DNA of 52,350 nucleotides from Candidatus Rokuibacteriota bacterium (GCA_044866005.1 JBIOTN010000136.1:1-52350); one strand, 5' to 3'; counted from the first letter of the stretch, positions 18,046 through 27,427 are shown. Translations and numbers: made by a program. Notes: generated by a model from the sequence alone, not told the origin.

Positions 18046-19326
18046 ATGGGGCTGAGTCGGCGTGAATTTCTCAGAGCGGCAGGGGTCGGCGGCGCGGCGG
18101 CCGCCACGCTGGGCGGGACGAGCCTGGGCCGGCCCGCCTCCGGGCTGGCGCAGATGCTGCCGCGGTCGGGCGGCAAGCGGCTCGTCGTCGTGGGCGCCGG
18201 GTTCGGCGGGAACCTCGCGGCGCTCACGGTCAAGAAGCTCGTGCCCGACGCCGAGGTCGTCATCCTGGAGCGCGCCCCGTTCTTCATCTCCTGCCCGGCG
18301 ACCCTGGAGTACGTGTTCGGGCTGACCTCGCTCGACACGATCACGTTCGGCTACTCGCCCCTCGTCGCCAAGGGCATCAAGGTGATCCGCACGGAGGTGC
18401 TCGCGATCGAGCCGGACCGGAAGCGGGTCGTCGCCGCGCAGGGCGCGATCGACTACGATCAGCTGCTCCTCGCGACGGGGATCCGGCTCGCCTACGAGGA
18501 CGTCCCCGGCCTCCCCGAGGCCTACCACCTGAACGCGAGCATCTACGACAAGGCGACGCCGATCATCGACACGCGCCACAGGATCGACGCCTTCCAGGGC
18601 GGGACCGTCGTGCTGAACTCGCCGGCCGTGCCCTACAAGTGCCCGCCCGGGCCCTACGAGTACGCGCTCCTCTGGGCGGAACGCGTGAAGAAGAAGAATC
18701 TCCCGGCCAAGGTCGTGCTGCTCGACGCCAAGCCGAATCCCATCCCGCCCCCGAACGCTCAGGCCTTCCTGGACGCGATGGCCGCGCAGAAGGACGTCCT
18801 CGAATACCGGCCGCAGACGAAGCTCACGGGGGTGGACGCCGAGAAGAAGGTGGTCCGGACGGACGCGGGTGACCTGGCCTTCGACTTTCTCAGCGTCATC
18901 CCGCCCAACCGGGCGGCCGGCTTCATCAAGGAAGCCGGGCTGGGGAACGTCTTCGCCGAGGTGGATCCGGTCACCTTCCGCTCGACCAAGAATCCCGCGG
19001 TCTACGCGGTCGGGGACGCCGCACAGACACCCTACGCCAAGAGCGCGTACACGGCCGCGGTCACCGGAAAGATCGTGGGCACCTACGTGGCCAAGGCCAT
19101 GGGCGCCACCGTGCCGGACCCGGCGCCGCCGCACAACATCTGCTACCCCTACACGGCGAGCGAGCAGGCCTTCCTCACGCGCGCCGACTGGAGCTACGAG
19201 AGGGCGCCCGATGGGAAGCTCGAGGTCAAGACCAAGGTCACGGTGGACAACACGCCGAAGCCGTCGTTCGCGGTGATCAGGAAGGAGTGGGAGCGGGGGT
19301 TGTGGCGCGAGATGTTCGGCAGCTGA
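18046..19326 (+). CDS. Flavocytochrome c sulfide dehydrogenase flavoprotein-like (FccB/SoxF family), Tat-exported
   Basis: SRREFL Tat; VVVGAGFGG FAD motif; ISCP, YKCPPGPYE, VYAVGDA, NICY; GGGAGG RBS. Confidence 0.87.
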   Translation: MGLSRREFLRAAGVGGAAAATLGGTSLGRPASGLAQMLPRSGGKRLVVVGAGFGGNLAALTVKKLVPDAEVVILERAPFFISCPATLEYVFGLTSLDTITFGYSPLVAKGIKVIRTEVLAIEPDRKRVVAAQGAIDYDQLLLATGIRLAYEDVPGLPEAYHLNASIYDKATPIIDTRHRIDAFQGGTVVLNSPAVPYKCPPGPYEYALLWAERVKKKNLPAKVVLLDAKPNPIPPPNAQAFLDAMAAQKDVLEYRPQTKLTGVDAEKKVVRTDAGDLAFDFLSVIPPNRAAGFIKEAGLGNVFAEVDPVTFRSTKNPAVYAVGDAAQTPYAKSAYTAAVTGKIVGTYVAKAMGATVPDPAPPHNICYPYTASEQAFLTRADWSYERAPDGKLEVKTKVTVDNTPKPSFAVIRKEWERGLWREMFGS

Positions 19327-19456
19327 GCGCCGGCCCGATGCCCGTCGCATCCCCGCGTCCTCGGCCCGGCGGGCGCGGCCGATACGCGTCGCCTGACGTG
19401 GTCCTCGCCAGGCTCGCCTCTCCACCGCGCTACGGGTCGGTGGGCGAGGCCCCGGG

Positions 19457-20140
19457 ATGAGGCGGAGGGCGTTCGTGGCCGGGTGTGGGGCGCTGGCGGG
19501 CCTTGCCGCGCTGGCCGGGCGGGGTCCGCGGCCGGCCGCGGGCGCCCTCCACTCAGGCCGGCGCGTCCAGCTCGTTCGCGAGGATGGCACGCCGTGGCGG
19601 GGAGCGGCGGTCGTGCCCCACCGCACGTACGTGTTCCACTACCCCTACGAGAGCACGCCGTGCTTCCTGCTCGATCTCGGCCGTCCGGTGCCCGGCGCCG
19701 AAGTCTCGGCCGCGGGCGGCGCCGCCTATGGCTGGTCCGGCGGCGTGGGAGCGTCGCGCTCCATCGTGGCCTACGCGGCCATCTGCTCCCACACCTATAC
19801 GCATCCCACGCGGGAGAACGCGCTGATCCGGTACTACGCCCCGGGCGAGCCGGCCACGCTGGCCGCGCGTGGCGCCGTCATCACCTGCTGCACGCACGGG
19901 AGCGCCTTCGACCCAGGCCAGGCCGCGGTGCCGCTCACGCCGCCGGCGGAGCTCCCGCTCGCCGCGATCGCGCTCGAGTGGGACGCGTCGGCCGACACCT
20001 TCCACGCCGTCGGCGTCGTGGGCCGACCGGTTTTCGAGGAGTTCTTCAAGGCGTTCGCGGGGAAGAGCCGCCGGGAGGTCGGGCCAGTCGCCCCGGTCCG
20101 AGAGCTCGACCGCTACTCGCGCGCCGTGCTCTCCTGCTGA
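19457..20140 (+). CDS. Atypical Rieske [2Fe-2S] protein, probably Tat-exported
   Basis: RRRAF N-terminus; YPYESTPCFLL; box1 AICSH; box2 ITCCTHGSAFDP. Confidence 0.78.
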   Translation: MRRRAFVAGCGALAGLAALAGRGPRPAAGALHSGRRVQLVREDGTPWRGAAVVPHRTYVFHYPYESTPCFLLDLGRPVPGAEVSAAGGAAYGWSGGVGASRSIVAYAAICSHTYTHPTRENALIRYYAPGEPATLAARGAVITCCTHGSAFDPGQAAVPLTPPAELPLAAIALEWDASADTFHAVGVVGRPVFEEFFKAFAGKSRREVGPVAPVRELDRYSRAVLSC

Positions 20141-20232
20141 GTCCGATTCGAGGGGGGTCTCGAGTCGAGGGGTCTCGCGCTGCGCCCGTTGATCAGACTG
20201 AGGGAGCGGCGCCGAAGGTCAGCGTCGTCGCG

Positions 20233-20805
20233 TCAGGCGGCGGCGTGGCGCCAGCGGATCCTCTCGAGCTCGGCGCCCAGCTGGGCGAGGTCGAAGGGCT
20301 TGCTGAGGTAGCCGTCGAATCCCGCTTCCCGCGTCCGGCGCTGGTCGGCGAGACCCGAGTACGCCGAGACAGCGATGGCCGGGACCCGGGCGGTCCGCGC
20401 GTCCTGGCGGAACCGGCTGATGAACCCGTAGCCATCCAGGCGCGGCATCCGCAGGTCGCAGAGCACGAGATCGACCGACTCGGTGGCCACCACGTCGAGC
20501 GCCTCCTGCCCGTCCTGCGCGAGCAGGACGCGCGCGCCGAACCGCTCGAGGAGCAGCTGGATGACCTCCCGGACGTCCTGACTGTCCTCGACGACGAGGA
20601 CCGTCGCCCCGGAAAGCGACCCGAGCCACGCGAGCCCCGGCGCCGGCCTGGTCCCCGACTCGCTCGCCGGGGACTTCGCGATGCCCCTGCCGGCGGAGCC
20701 GAGGCCTCTTCGGTTACGGCGTCGGCGCGCGGGAGCCCCGGGCGATCGACGTGTCTCGGTCAGCAGGGCCTCCAGAAAACCCGACATTACCCCCACTACC
20801 TCCAC
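20233..20805 (-). CDS. Single-domain CheY-like response regulator (start uncertain)
   Basis: VLVVEDSQD, LCDLRMPRLDG, IAVSA, GFDGYLSKPFD. Confidence 0.85.
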   Translation of the reverse strand: MEVVGVMSGFLEALLTETRRSPGAPARRRRNRRGLGSAGRGIAKSPASESGTRPAPGLAWLGSLSGATVLVVEDSQDVREVIQLLLERFGARVLLAQDGQEALDVVATESVDLVLCDLRMPRLDGYGFISRFRQDARTARVPAIAVSAYSGLADQRRTREAGFDGYLSKPFDLAQLGAELERIRWRHAAA

Positions 20806-20897
20806 CCTAGCAGGCGCGGCGGCCAGAGCAAGGCGTGCAAAGCCTTAGAGCCGACACTCGATGCCCTCGGAGCGGGCGCCCCCCCCTCCAACCCCGG

Positions 20898-21917
20898 TCA
20901 CCGGCTCGGGCGCAGGAACATCACCCAGAGCGCCAGCCAGCCGCCGGCGAGCATCGCCGCGAAGGCGGTGAGGCTGCCGAGCGCGAGCGTCGCGGCGTTG
21001 GTCAGCCCCTGGGTGATGTTGCAGCCCCCCGCGATCAGGGCCCCGACGCCCATGACGAGCCCGCCCGTGAACAGCTGCACCGCGGTGAAGCCGGGCGGGA
21101 TCTTCCACGCGAACTCCCCGGCACGCCAGGCGGCGACGGCGGCGCCCAGCGGCACCCCGGCGAGGAGCACCATGCTCCACGTGACGCGGTTCGGGAACCA
21201 GACCAGCGGGTAGGTGAGGAGGTGACCGGTGTTGGCGGCGAAGGTGATGCCGGTCGGCGTGCCGCCGTACGACGACAGGCTCCAGCCCAGCGCGATGATC
21301 AGGCCCATGCTGCTTCCCGTCGTCGGCCATCGCCACTTGCCGTGTTCCGGCTCGGCGCCGCCCCGCGCCAGCCAGGCCCCGGCCGGAAGCGCGATCGCGG
21401 CGATGAGGAGCCAGGGATTGACGTGGAGGAGCGCGTAGAGGGTCGCCGGCTGGTCGCCCAGGAGCACCTCGTGCGCCTGCAGGGTCTGGCGGACGGGCGC
21501 CAGGATGCCGACGTTCGTGGCCGAGGCCCCCAGGGCGAAGCCGAAGAGCACGACCCAGGCGCCGAGCGCGCCCTCGCCGACCCGGTACCACGTGCTGCCC
21601 GAGCACCCGCCGCTCAGGATCATCCCGATGCCGAAGATGAAGCCGCCCACGAGGTTCGCCACCCAGTGGAACGGCCGGATGGGCAGCTCCTCCAGGCCGA
21701 CCGCGGGCACGATGCCGCCGGCGAGGGCGAGGAGGTGTGTCCCGACGATCGCGACGAGAAGCGCCAGCACGTAAGCGCGCGCGATCGAGCTGTCGCCCAT
21801 GAGGACCGCATTGGAGAGGGCGCGGGTCAGGCAGAAGCCGCCGCGCTGCGCCGCGTAGCCGAAGCCGAACCCGGTGACGAGCGCGGTCGCCGCCATCAGG
21901 GCGAAGGAGGGGTCCAC
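20898..21917 (-). CDS. YeeE/YedE-family sulfur (thiosulfate) transporter
   Basis: Polytopic with three family cysteines: RGGFCL, LSGGCSGSTWYRVGEG, IAGGCNITQG; start placed at GTG 21917 (uncertain). Confidence 0.87.
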   Translation of the reverse strand: MDPSFALMAATALVTGFGFGYAAQRGGFCLTRALSNAVLMGDSSIARAYVLALLVAIVGTHLLALAGGIVPAVGLEELPIRPFHWVANLVGGFIFGIGMILSGGCSGSTWYRVGEGALGAWVVLFGFALGASATNVGILAPVRQTLQAHEVLLGDQPATLYALLHVNPWLLIAAIALPAGAWLARGGAEPEHGKWRWPTTGSSMGLIIALGWSLSSYGGTPTGITFAANTGHLLTYPLVWFPNRVTWSMVLLAGVPLGAAVAAWRAGEFAWKIPPGFTAVQLFTGGLVMGVGALIAGGCNITQGLTNAATLALGSLTAFAAMLAGGWLALWVMFLRPSR

Positions 21918-21978
21918 CGCGCCGATCCTAGCGCCCTCCCGCGTCCCCCGCAAGCGGGGGCCGCGGCGTCGCGGCGCT

Positions 21979-22791
21979 TCACCGCGACATCCATGGGGCG
22001 AGCTGGACGGCGTGGGCGATCATGCGGAGTCCCACGAGCGCGAGGAGACCCGAGAGGACCTGGCGGATGAGCAGCGGGCTGGCCCTCAGGGAGGCGCGGG
22101 CGCCGACCTGCGCGCCGAGGAGGATGCCGGCGCCCATGAGCGCGGCCGTGGCGATCCGGACGTGGCCGAGGCCGAGGAAGGTCGTGGCGCCGACGAACGC
22201 GGAGAGGCTGAGCACGAAATGGGAGGTGGCGGTGGCGATGTGCACCGGCAGACCGAGGACCATGATGAGGAAGGGCACGTGGATGATCCCGCCGCCGATC
22301 CCGAACATGCTCGAGAACGCGCCGACGAGGAAGCTGACGACCACGCCCTTCCAGACGTCGACCTGGTAGAGGTACGACTCGCCCGTCGCGTCGACGATCG
22401 ACCGAACGCGCGCCCGGCGCGAGGGCCCGGCGGTCTTGCCGACGAGCAGCAGGGCGCCGATCGCGATCAGGGCGAGGCCGAACGCCAGGCTGAAAAGGTA
22501 GGAGGAGAGCGCCCGCGTCAGGTACGCGCCGACGATCGCCCCGGGGACGGTCGCCGCGGCGAACTTCCAGCCGAGCGACAGATCCACCCGGCGCTGGCGG
22601 AGATAGGCGACCGTGCCGGACAGCGCGTTGAGGAAGACGAGCGTGAGGGAGGTCCCCACCGCGTCCGGCGGCGTGAACTGGTAGACCAGGACGAAGAGCG
22701 GCACGAGGAGAAAGCCGCCGCCCGCTCCCACGAGCGTACCGAAGGCGCCGACCGCGAGCCCGACCGCGACGAGGACGGCGCTGGCCAGCAC
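21979..22791 (-). CDS. TauE/SafE-family sulfite exporter
   Basis: GTLVGAGGGFLLVP, AVGTSL, SMFGIGGGIIHVP, ATATSHF, LGAQVGA. Confidence 0.9.
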   Translation of the reverse strand: MLASAVLVAVGLAVGAFGTLVGAGGGFLLVPLFVLVYQFTPPDAVGTSLTLVFLNALSGTVAYLRQRRVDLSLGWKFAAATVPGAIVGAYLTRALSSYLFSLAFGLALIAIGALLLVGKTAGPSRRARVRSIVDATGESYLYQVDVWKGVVVSFLVGAFSSMFGIGGGIIHVPFLIMVLGLPVHIATATSHFVLSLSAFVGATTFLGLGHVRIATAALMGAGILLGAQVGARASLRASPLLIRQVLSGLLALVGLRMIAHAVQLAPWMSR

Positions 22792-22831
22792 GTTGAGATT
22801 CTATCCCGGCGCGGTCGCCGCGCCGACCGGC

Positions 22832-22860
22832 TTGTGACCCGCAGCCAGCCCGGCTATACT
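22832..22860 (+). promoter_or_regulatory. Possible promoter of the amino-acid ABC operon
   Basis: TTGTGA-N17-TATACT. Confidence 0.55.
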
Positions 22861-22900
22861 CGACGGCACGGTGCTGCCGGTCGGCGTCCCGGACTCCATC

Positions 22901-22926
22901 GTGATCGTCCTCCGTGATCGTCCTCC
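22901..22926. repeat. 13-bp tandem direct repeat
   Basis: GTGATCGTCCTCC twice (22901-22913, 22914-22926). Confidence 0.8.
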
Positions 22927-23056
22927 ACGGTCCTTCCGGCTGCGCGGCCCCCGCTCGGTGATCCGACCGTCGCCGCCGCTCGGGTCCTGCCGGCCCCGGG
23001 GCGGGGAGCGGGCGCGCGGCCGCGTCCCGGGATGGCCCGGCCGCCACGGAGGCTAG

Positions 23057-23797
23057 GTGCCCGAGCCGATCATCGTCTTCCGCCAGGTCAACAAGTGGTT
23101 CGGGAAGCTCCACGTCCTCAAGGACATCGACCTGACGGTCGGACGGGGAGAGGTCCTGGTCGTGTGCGGGCCGAGCGGCTCGGGCAAGAGCACCCTCATC
23201 CGCTGCATCAACCGGCTCGAGCCGATCCAGTCCGGTCAGCTCGTCGTCGACGGCCAGGACGTGACCGCGCCGGGCGTCGACCTGCCGAAGCTGCGGGCCG
23301 AGATCGGCATGGTGTTCCAGCAATTCAACCTCTACCCGCACATGACCGCGCTCGAGAACGTGACGCTCGCCCCGGTCCGGGTGCGGGGGCTGAGTCGCGC
23401 CGAGGCCGAACGGATCGCCATGGACCTGCTGCAGAAGGTGGACATCCCCGACAAGGCCCACGCGTACCCCGCGCAGCTGTCCGGTGGCCAGCAGCAGCGC
23501 GTCGCGATCGCTCGCGCGCTGGCGATGCAGCCGAAGATCATGCTGTTCGACGAGCCGACGTCCGCCCTGGACCCCGAGATGATCAACGAGGTGCTGGACG
23601 TCATGGTCGCGCTGGCCCGCGAGGGGATGACGATGCTCGTGGTCACGCACGAGATGGGCTTCGCGCGGAAGGTCGCGCACCGGATCATCTTCATGGACGA
23701 GGGCCGGATCGTGGAGGAAGGCCCGCCGGAGGCCTTCTTCGCCCGGCCCCGGAGCGAGCGGACGCGGCTGTTCCTCTCGAAGATCCTCGTCCATTGA
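23057..23797 (+). CDS. Polar amino acid ABC transporter ATP-binding protein (GlnQ/GltL-like)
   Basis: [56 protein letters not shown]. Confidence 0.95.
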   Translation: MPEPIIVFRQVNKWFGKLHVLKDIDLTVGRGEVLVVCGPSGSGKSTLIRCINRLEPIQSGQLVVDGQDVTAPGVDLPKLRAEIGMVFQQFNLYPHMTALENVTLAPVRVRGLSRAEAERIAMDLLQKVDIPDKAHAYPAQLSGGQQQRVAIARALAMQPKIMLFDEPTSALDPEMINEVLDVMVALAREGMTMLVVTHEMGFARKVAHRIIFMDEGRIVEEGPPEAFFARPRSERTRLFLSKILVH

Positions 23798-23861
23798 GCC
23801 GCGAGGCGCGACCGTCCCCGTGGCGGACGCGCGGTGGCACGCCAAGAAAGGAGCCCCGACC

Positions 23862-24737
23862 ATGCGGAGCACCCTGACACGCGGACGAGCGGCGGCGGCC
23901 GCCGTCCTGGCCCTCTCACTCCTGCTCGCCGGCGTCGCGCCGGCCTGGGCCGAGACGACCCTGGAGAAGATCGGGCGCACCGGCACCTTCGTCGTCGGCA
24001 CCCGGACGGGGTCGCCGCCCTTCGGCTTCATCGACAAGAACAACATTTGGGGCGGCTTCTCGGTGGACCTCGCGAGGATGGTCCACGCCAACATCGAGAA
24101 GAAGCTCGGGAAGCAGGTGAAGTTCGAGCTCAAGGAGTCGACACCGGCGACCCGTATCCCGCTGCTCACGAGCGGCGCCGTGGACCTGATCGCCGGCACG
24201 ATGACCATCACGCGGGCCCGGCGGGAGAGCCTGGACTTCAGCGCGGTCTTCTTCGTGACCGGCGCCCAGTTCCTCGTCAAGAAGGGCGGCCCGATCCGGG
24301 GCGTCCGCGACATCGGGGGGAAGCGTATCGGCGCGCAGCAGGGGTCCACGAACGAGAAGGTGCTCCGCGAGAAGCACCCCCAGGCGCAGCTCGTGGTCTT
24401 CCCCGATCAGCCGGCCGCGTTCACCGCGCTGGCGCAGGGGAAGATCGACGCCTACACGAACGACGGCGTCCAGCTCGCAGGGCTCAAGGCCAAGGCGCCG
24501 AACCCGGCGGAGTGGGACGTCGTCGGGGAGTTCTACACCTACGAGCCGTACGGGATGGCCATGCGGAAGAACGACTCGGACTTCCGGAACGTGGTCGACT
24601 TCACGCTCATGGAGGCGATCGAGAGCGGGGAGTACCAGAAGCTCTACGACAAGTGGTTCGGGCCACGGGGCGAGGTGCCCTACCCGCTGTCCGAGACCGC
24701 GCAGGTCTTCCTCCAGATGCAGGTGATCCCCCGCTAG
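23862..24737 (+). CDS. Polar amino acid ABC substrate-binding protein (GltI-like, Glu/Asp)
   Basis: Signal peptide; TLEKI, SPPFGF, GFSVDL, RIPLL, GSTNE, EPYGMAMRK; AAGGAG RBS. Confidence 0.88.
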   Translation: MRSTLTRGRAAAAAVLALSLLLAGVAPAWAETTLEKIGRTGTFVVGTRTGSPPFGFIDKNNIWGGFSVDLARMVHANIEKKLGKQVKFELKESTPATRIPLLTSGAVDLIAGTMTITRARRESLDFSAVFFVTGAQFLVKKGGPIRGVRDIGGKRIGAQQGSTNEKVLREKHPQAQLVVFPDQPAAFTALAQGKIDAYTNDGVQLAGLKAKAPNPAEWDVVGEFYTYEPYGMAMRKNDSDFRNVVDFTLMEAIESGEYQKLYDKWFGPRGEVPYPLSETAQVFLQMQVIPR

Positions 24738-24810
24738 GGAGCATCCTCCCCGGGGGGAGGCAGGCCCGAGCCGTTCGGCCGCGCAGGACAGCCGAACGGC
24801 CCGGCTCCGC

Positions 24811-24849
24811 CGGGAGGGCCGTCGGAAGGGGGGCGGAGCCCCCCTCCGA
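24811..24849 (-). repeat. REP-like repeat, partial copy (head hairpin)
   Basis: Reverse complement TCGGAGGGGGGCTCCGCCCCCCTTCCGACGGCCCTCCCG matches the head of the 38344-38414 copy; ends 4 nt before ATG 24854. Confidence 0.65.
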
Positions 24850-24853
24850 GCAG

Positions 24854-25579
24854 ATGCAGTACCAGTTCCAGTGGAGCATCCTCTGGACGGGCCAGTACGG
24901 GCGCTGGCTCCTCCAGGGGGTCCTCACGACGCTCGAGATCTCGGCGCTCGCCTGGCTGCTCTCCGCGGCGCTCGGCGGCCTGTTCGGGGCGTTGCGGACC
25001 ACGCCGGTGGCGCCGCTGCGCGCCGCGGCCGCGGCGTACGTGGAATTCTTCCGCAACGTCCCCCTCCTGGTCTGGATGTTCTTCTGGTACTTCGGCGTCC
25101 CGCAGGCCCTGCCGGCCGAGGCCCAGGACTGGCTGAACCGCCACGGCGGGGAATTCGTCGCGGCCGTGGCGGCGCTGGGCGTCTACCACGGCGCCCGGCT
25201 CGCCGAGGTCGTGCGCGCGGGCCTCCAGTCGATCCCGCCGACTCAGCTCGAGGCGGCGCTCTCGACCGGCCTCACGCACCTCCAGGCGTACCGCTTGGTC
25301 CTCGTGCCGATCGCCCTCCGGCTCATCGTCCCGCCGGTCACGAACGAGTCGCTGAACCTGCTCAAGAACTCCTCGCTCGCGCTCACGATCAGCGTGGCCG
25401 AGGTGACCTTCCAGACCCGGCAGATCGAGGCGTACACCGCGAGGGGGTTCGAGGCGATCACGGCCGGGACGCTCATCTACCTGGTGCTGTGCCTCCTGCT
25501 CGCCTCGTTGATGGGCCGGGTCGAGCGGCGGCTGGCGATTCCGGGCCTGATCGTGCGCACGGCGGGAGCCGAGCATTGA
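24854..25579 (+). CDS. Polar amino acid ABC permease
   Basis: YVEFFRNVPLLV, AEVVRAGLQSIP, LLKNSSLA. Confidence 0.92.
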   Translation: MQYQFQWSILWTGQYGRWLLQGVLTTLEISALAWLLSAALGGLFGALRTTPVAPLRAAAAAYVEFFRNVPLLVWMFFWYFGVPQALPAEAQDWLNRHGGEFVAAVAALGVYHGARLAEVVRAGLQSIPPTQLEAALSTGLTHLQAYRLVLVPIALRLIVPPVTNESLNLLKNSSLALTISVAEVTFQTRQIEAYTARGFEAITAGTLIYLVLCLLLASLMGRVERRLAIPGLIVRTAGAEH

Positions 25580-25730
25580 GCGCCGCGGCGTTCCCGTGCG
25601 CCGTCTGGCTACCGTCGCCCCGGGTGGCGCCGGCGACAGGACCCGCGGCGGCCTCCGCGGCGACGGGCAGCCGGGCGAGGGGACCGGCGGCGGTCGGATG
25701 CGGCTGGGCGGACGGCGGCGGCGCGGGGCG

Positions 25731-26456
25731 ATGAGCTTCGACTTCGGCGTGATCGCCCACAACCTGCGCTTCCTCCTCCTCCAGGGCCTCCTCGGCCTCG
25801 GCGCCTTCGGGGGCGGCACGCTCCCCCTCGCGGCCCCCGCGATCGTGCTGGGCTTCGTCCTGGGCGTCGCGGTCGCGCTGGGACGGCTGTCCCGCCTCGC
25901 CGTCGTCTACTACCCGGCGACGCTCTACGTCCAGCTCATCCGGGGCGTGCCGCTGGTCATGGTGATCTTCTGGTTCTGGTTCTTCATCCCCCTCGCCTTC
26001 GGCGTGCCGCTTCCCCAGTACTGGGTGGCGCTGATCGCCTTCGTCGTCTTCGAGGCGGCGTACCTGGGCGAGATCATCCGGGCGGGGATCCAGTCGGTGC
26101 CCCGCGGCCAGGTGGAGGCGGCGCGGGCGACCGGTCTCGGCTATCTGCCGGTCATGCGCTACGTGGTGCTCCCGCAGGCCGTCCGGAACATGCTGCCCTC
26201 GCTCGTGACCCAGTTCATCATCCTCTTCAAGGACACGTCGCTCGCCTCGATCATCGGGTACATGGACCTGACGAAGGCGGCGCAGACGGTGAACCAGCGG
26301 GAGATCCGGCCGTTCGAGCTCTACCTCTTCATCGCGGTCGTCTACTGGGTCTTCACGTACGGCATGTCGCGCCTGAGCCGCGCCCTGGAGGCGCGGATGC
26401 GTCCGGACCGGTCGGCGCGCGCGGCGGCGCCGGCGCGGATCGCGGCGTCCGGTTGA
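25731..26456 (+). CDS. Polar amino acid ABC permease
   Basis: MSFDF start; IRGVPLVMVIFW, FEAAYLGEIIRAGIQSV, LFKDTSL. Confidence 0.92.
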   Translation: MSFDFGVIAHNLRFLLLQGLLGLGAFGGGTLPLAAPAIVLGFVLGVAVALGRLSRLAVVYYPATLYVQLIRGVPLVMVIFWFWFFIPLAFGVPLPQYWVALIAFVVFEAAYLGEIIRAGIQSVPRGQVEAARATGLGYLPVMRYVVLPQAVRNMLPSLVTQFIILFKDTSLASIIGYMDLTKAAQTVNQREIRPFELYLFIAVVYWVFTYGMSRLSRALEARMRPDRSARAAAPARIAASG

Positions 26457-26476
26457 CCGCTAACTGGGCGCAATAC

Positions 26477-26506
26477 TTGACAACGGTTCGGAGCTGGTGC
26501 TACGGT
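26477..26506 (+). promoter_or_regulatory. Possible promoter of cpoB
   Basis: TTGACA-N18-TACGGT with extended -10 TG. Confidence 0.55.
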
Positions 26507-26555
26507 GCCGCCGAGCGTTCGCGTGAGGCTCAGCACGGGGAGGGGCAGCCGGAGC

Positions 26556-27422
26556 ATGCGGAGCGGCAACCGGGCGACGTGGCGGCGGCGCGTGGCGCCG
26601 GCGGCACTCGTCCTCCTCGCGCTGACGGGCTGCGCGAGCTCGAGCGCCGTCAAGAAAGTCTCCGAAGATTCCCGCCTCGCCGACCTGCGGCTCATGGAAC
26701 TCAACCGGAGCAGCGAGGAGCTCCGCAAGGAGCTGGCCGCGATCCGGACCGAGATCGACGTCGTGCGGGCCGAGATGGAGAGCCTCCGGCAGCGGGAGGA
26801 GATGCGGCGCCGCGAGGCGCTGGAGCCGCTCGACAAGCGCCTGGCGACGACGGAGAAGCGGCTCGACGGGCTCGCCGGGACCATCCGCGGGGTGGAGATG
26901 TCCGTCGGGGGTCTCGCCGATCAGGTCGCGCGCATGGAGGCGGTCCCCGGCACGGCGACGACGCGGCGCGACGGCCGGGCGTCGAAGGGCGGCGCCAGGG
27001 CGCCGGCCCCCCCGCTCTCGGCCGATGAGCTCTTCACGCGGGCCATGGAGAGCTTCAAGCAAGGCGAGTTGGGGCAGGCGGTGCTGGACTTCGAGGAGGT
27101 CGTCGCGAAGTATCCCGCGCATGCGCTCGCCGGGTCCGCGCAGTTCTGGATCGGCGAGGCCTACTACAATGCCCGCGAGTACCAGCACGCCACCGTGGAG
27201 TACCGGAAGGCCGTCGACGTGGCCCCCCGGGGCGAGAAGGCCCCCGATGCGCTGTTCAAGCTCGGGCTCGCGCACCGCGCGTTGAAGCGTCCCGATCGGG
27301 CGCGCGAGGTCTGGACACAGCTCCTGCGCGACTTCCCCCAGAGCGATGCGGCCCAGAAGGCGCGCACCGCGCTGCGCGAGGCGTCGCGCGCCGCCAAGCC
27401 CGGCGCCTCGGCCGACCGGTAA
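26556..27422 (+). CDS. cpoB: Tol-Pal-associated coiled-coil/TPR protein YbgF/CpoB (lipoprotein)
   Basis: LTGC lipobox, long coiled coil, AQFWIGEAYY, KAPDALFKLG, FPQSDAA. Confidence 0.85.
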   Translation: MRSGNRATWRRRVAPAALVLLALTGCASSSAVKKVSEDSRLADLRLMELNRSSEELRKELAAIRTEIDVVRAEMESLRQREEMRRREALEPLDKRLATTEKRLDGLAGTIRGVEMSVGGLADQVARMEAVPGTATTRRDGRASKGGARAPAPPLSADELFTRAMESFKQGELGQAVLDFEEVVAKYPAHALAGSAQFWIGEAYYNAREYQHATVEYRKAVDVAPRGEKAPDALFKLGLAHRALKRPDRAREVWTQLLRDFPQSDAAQKARTALREASRAAKPGASADR

Positions 27423-27427
27423 TCGCC

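Noticed and set aside
17173..19326. 717-aa ORF as a single fused protein
   Set aside because: The N-terminal 291 codons are an alternate frame of the SoxYZ gene; the real flavoprotein starts at ATG 18046 with RBS and Tat motif
20148..20177. Short direct repeat TCGAGGGG(GG)TCTCG twice between convergent genes
   Set aside because: Only two short imperfect units, no spacer pattern; not CRISPR-like and no assignable function
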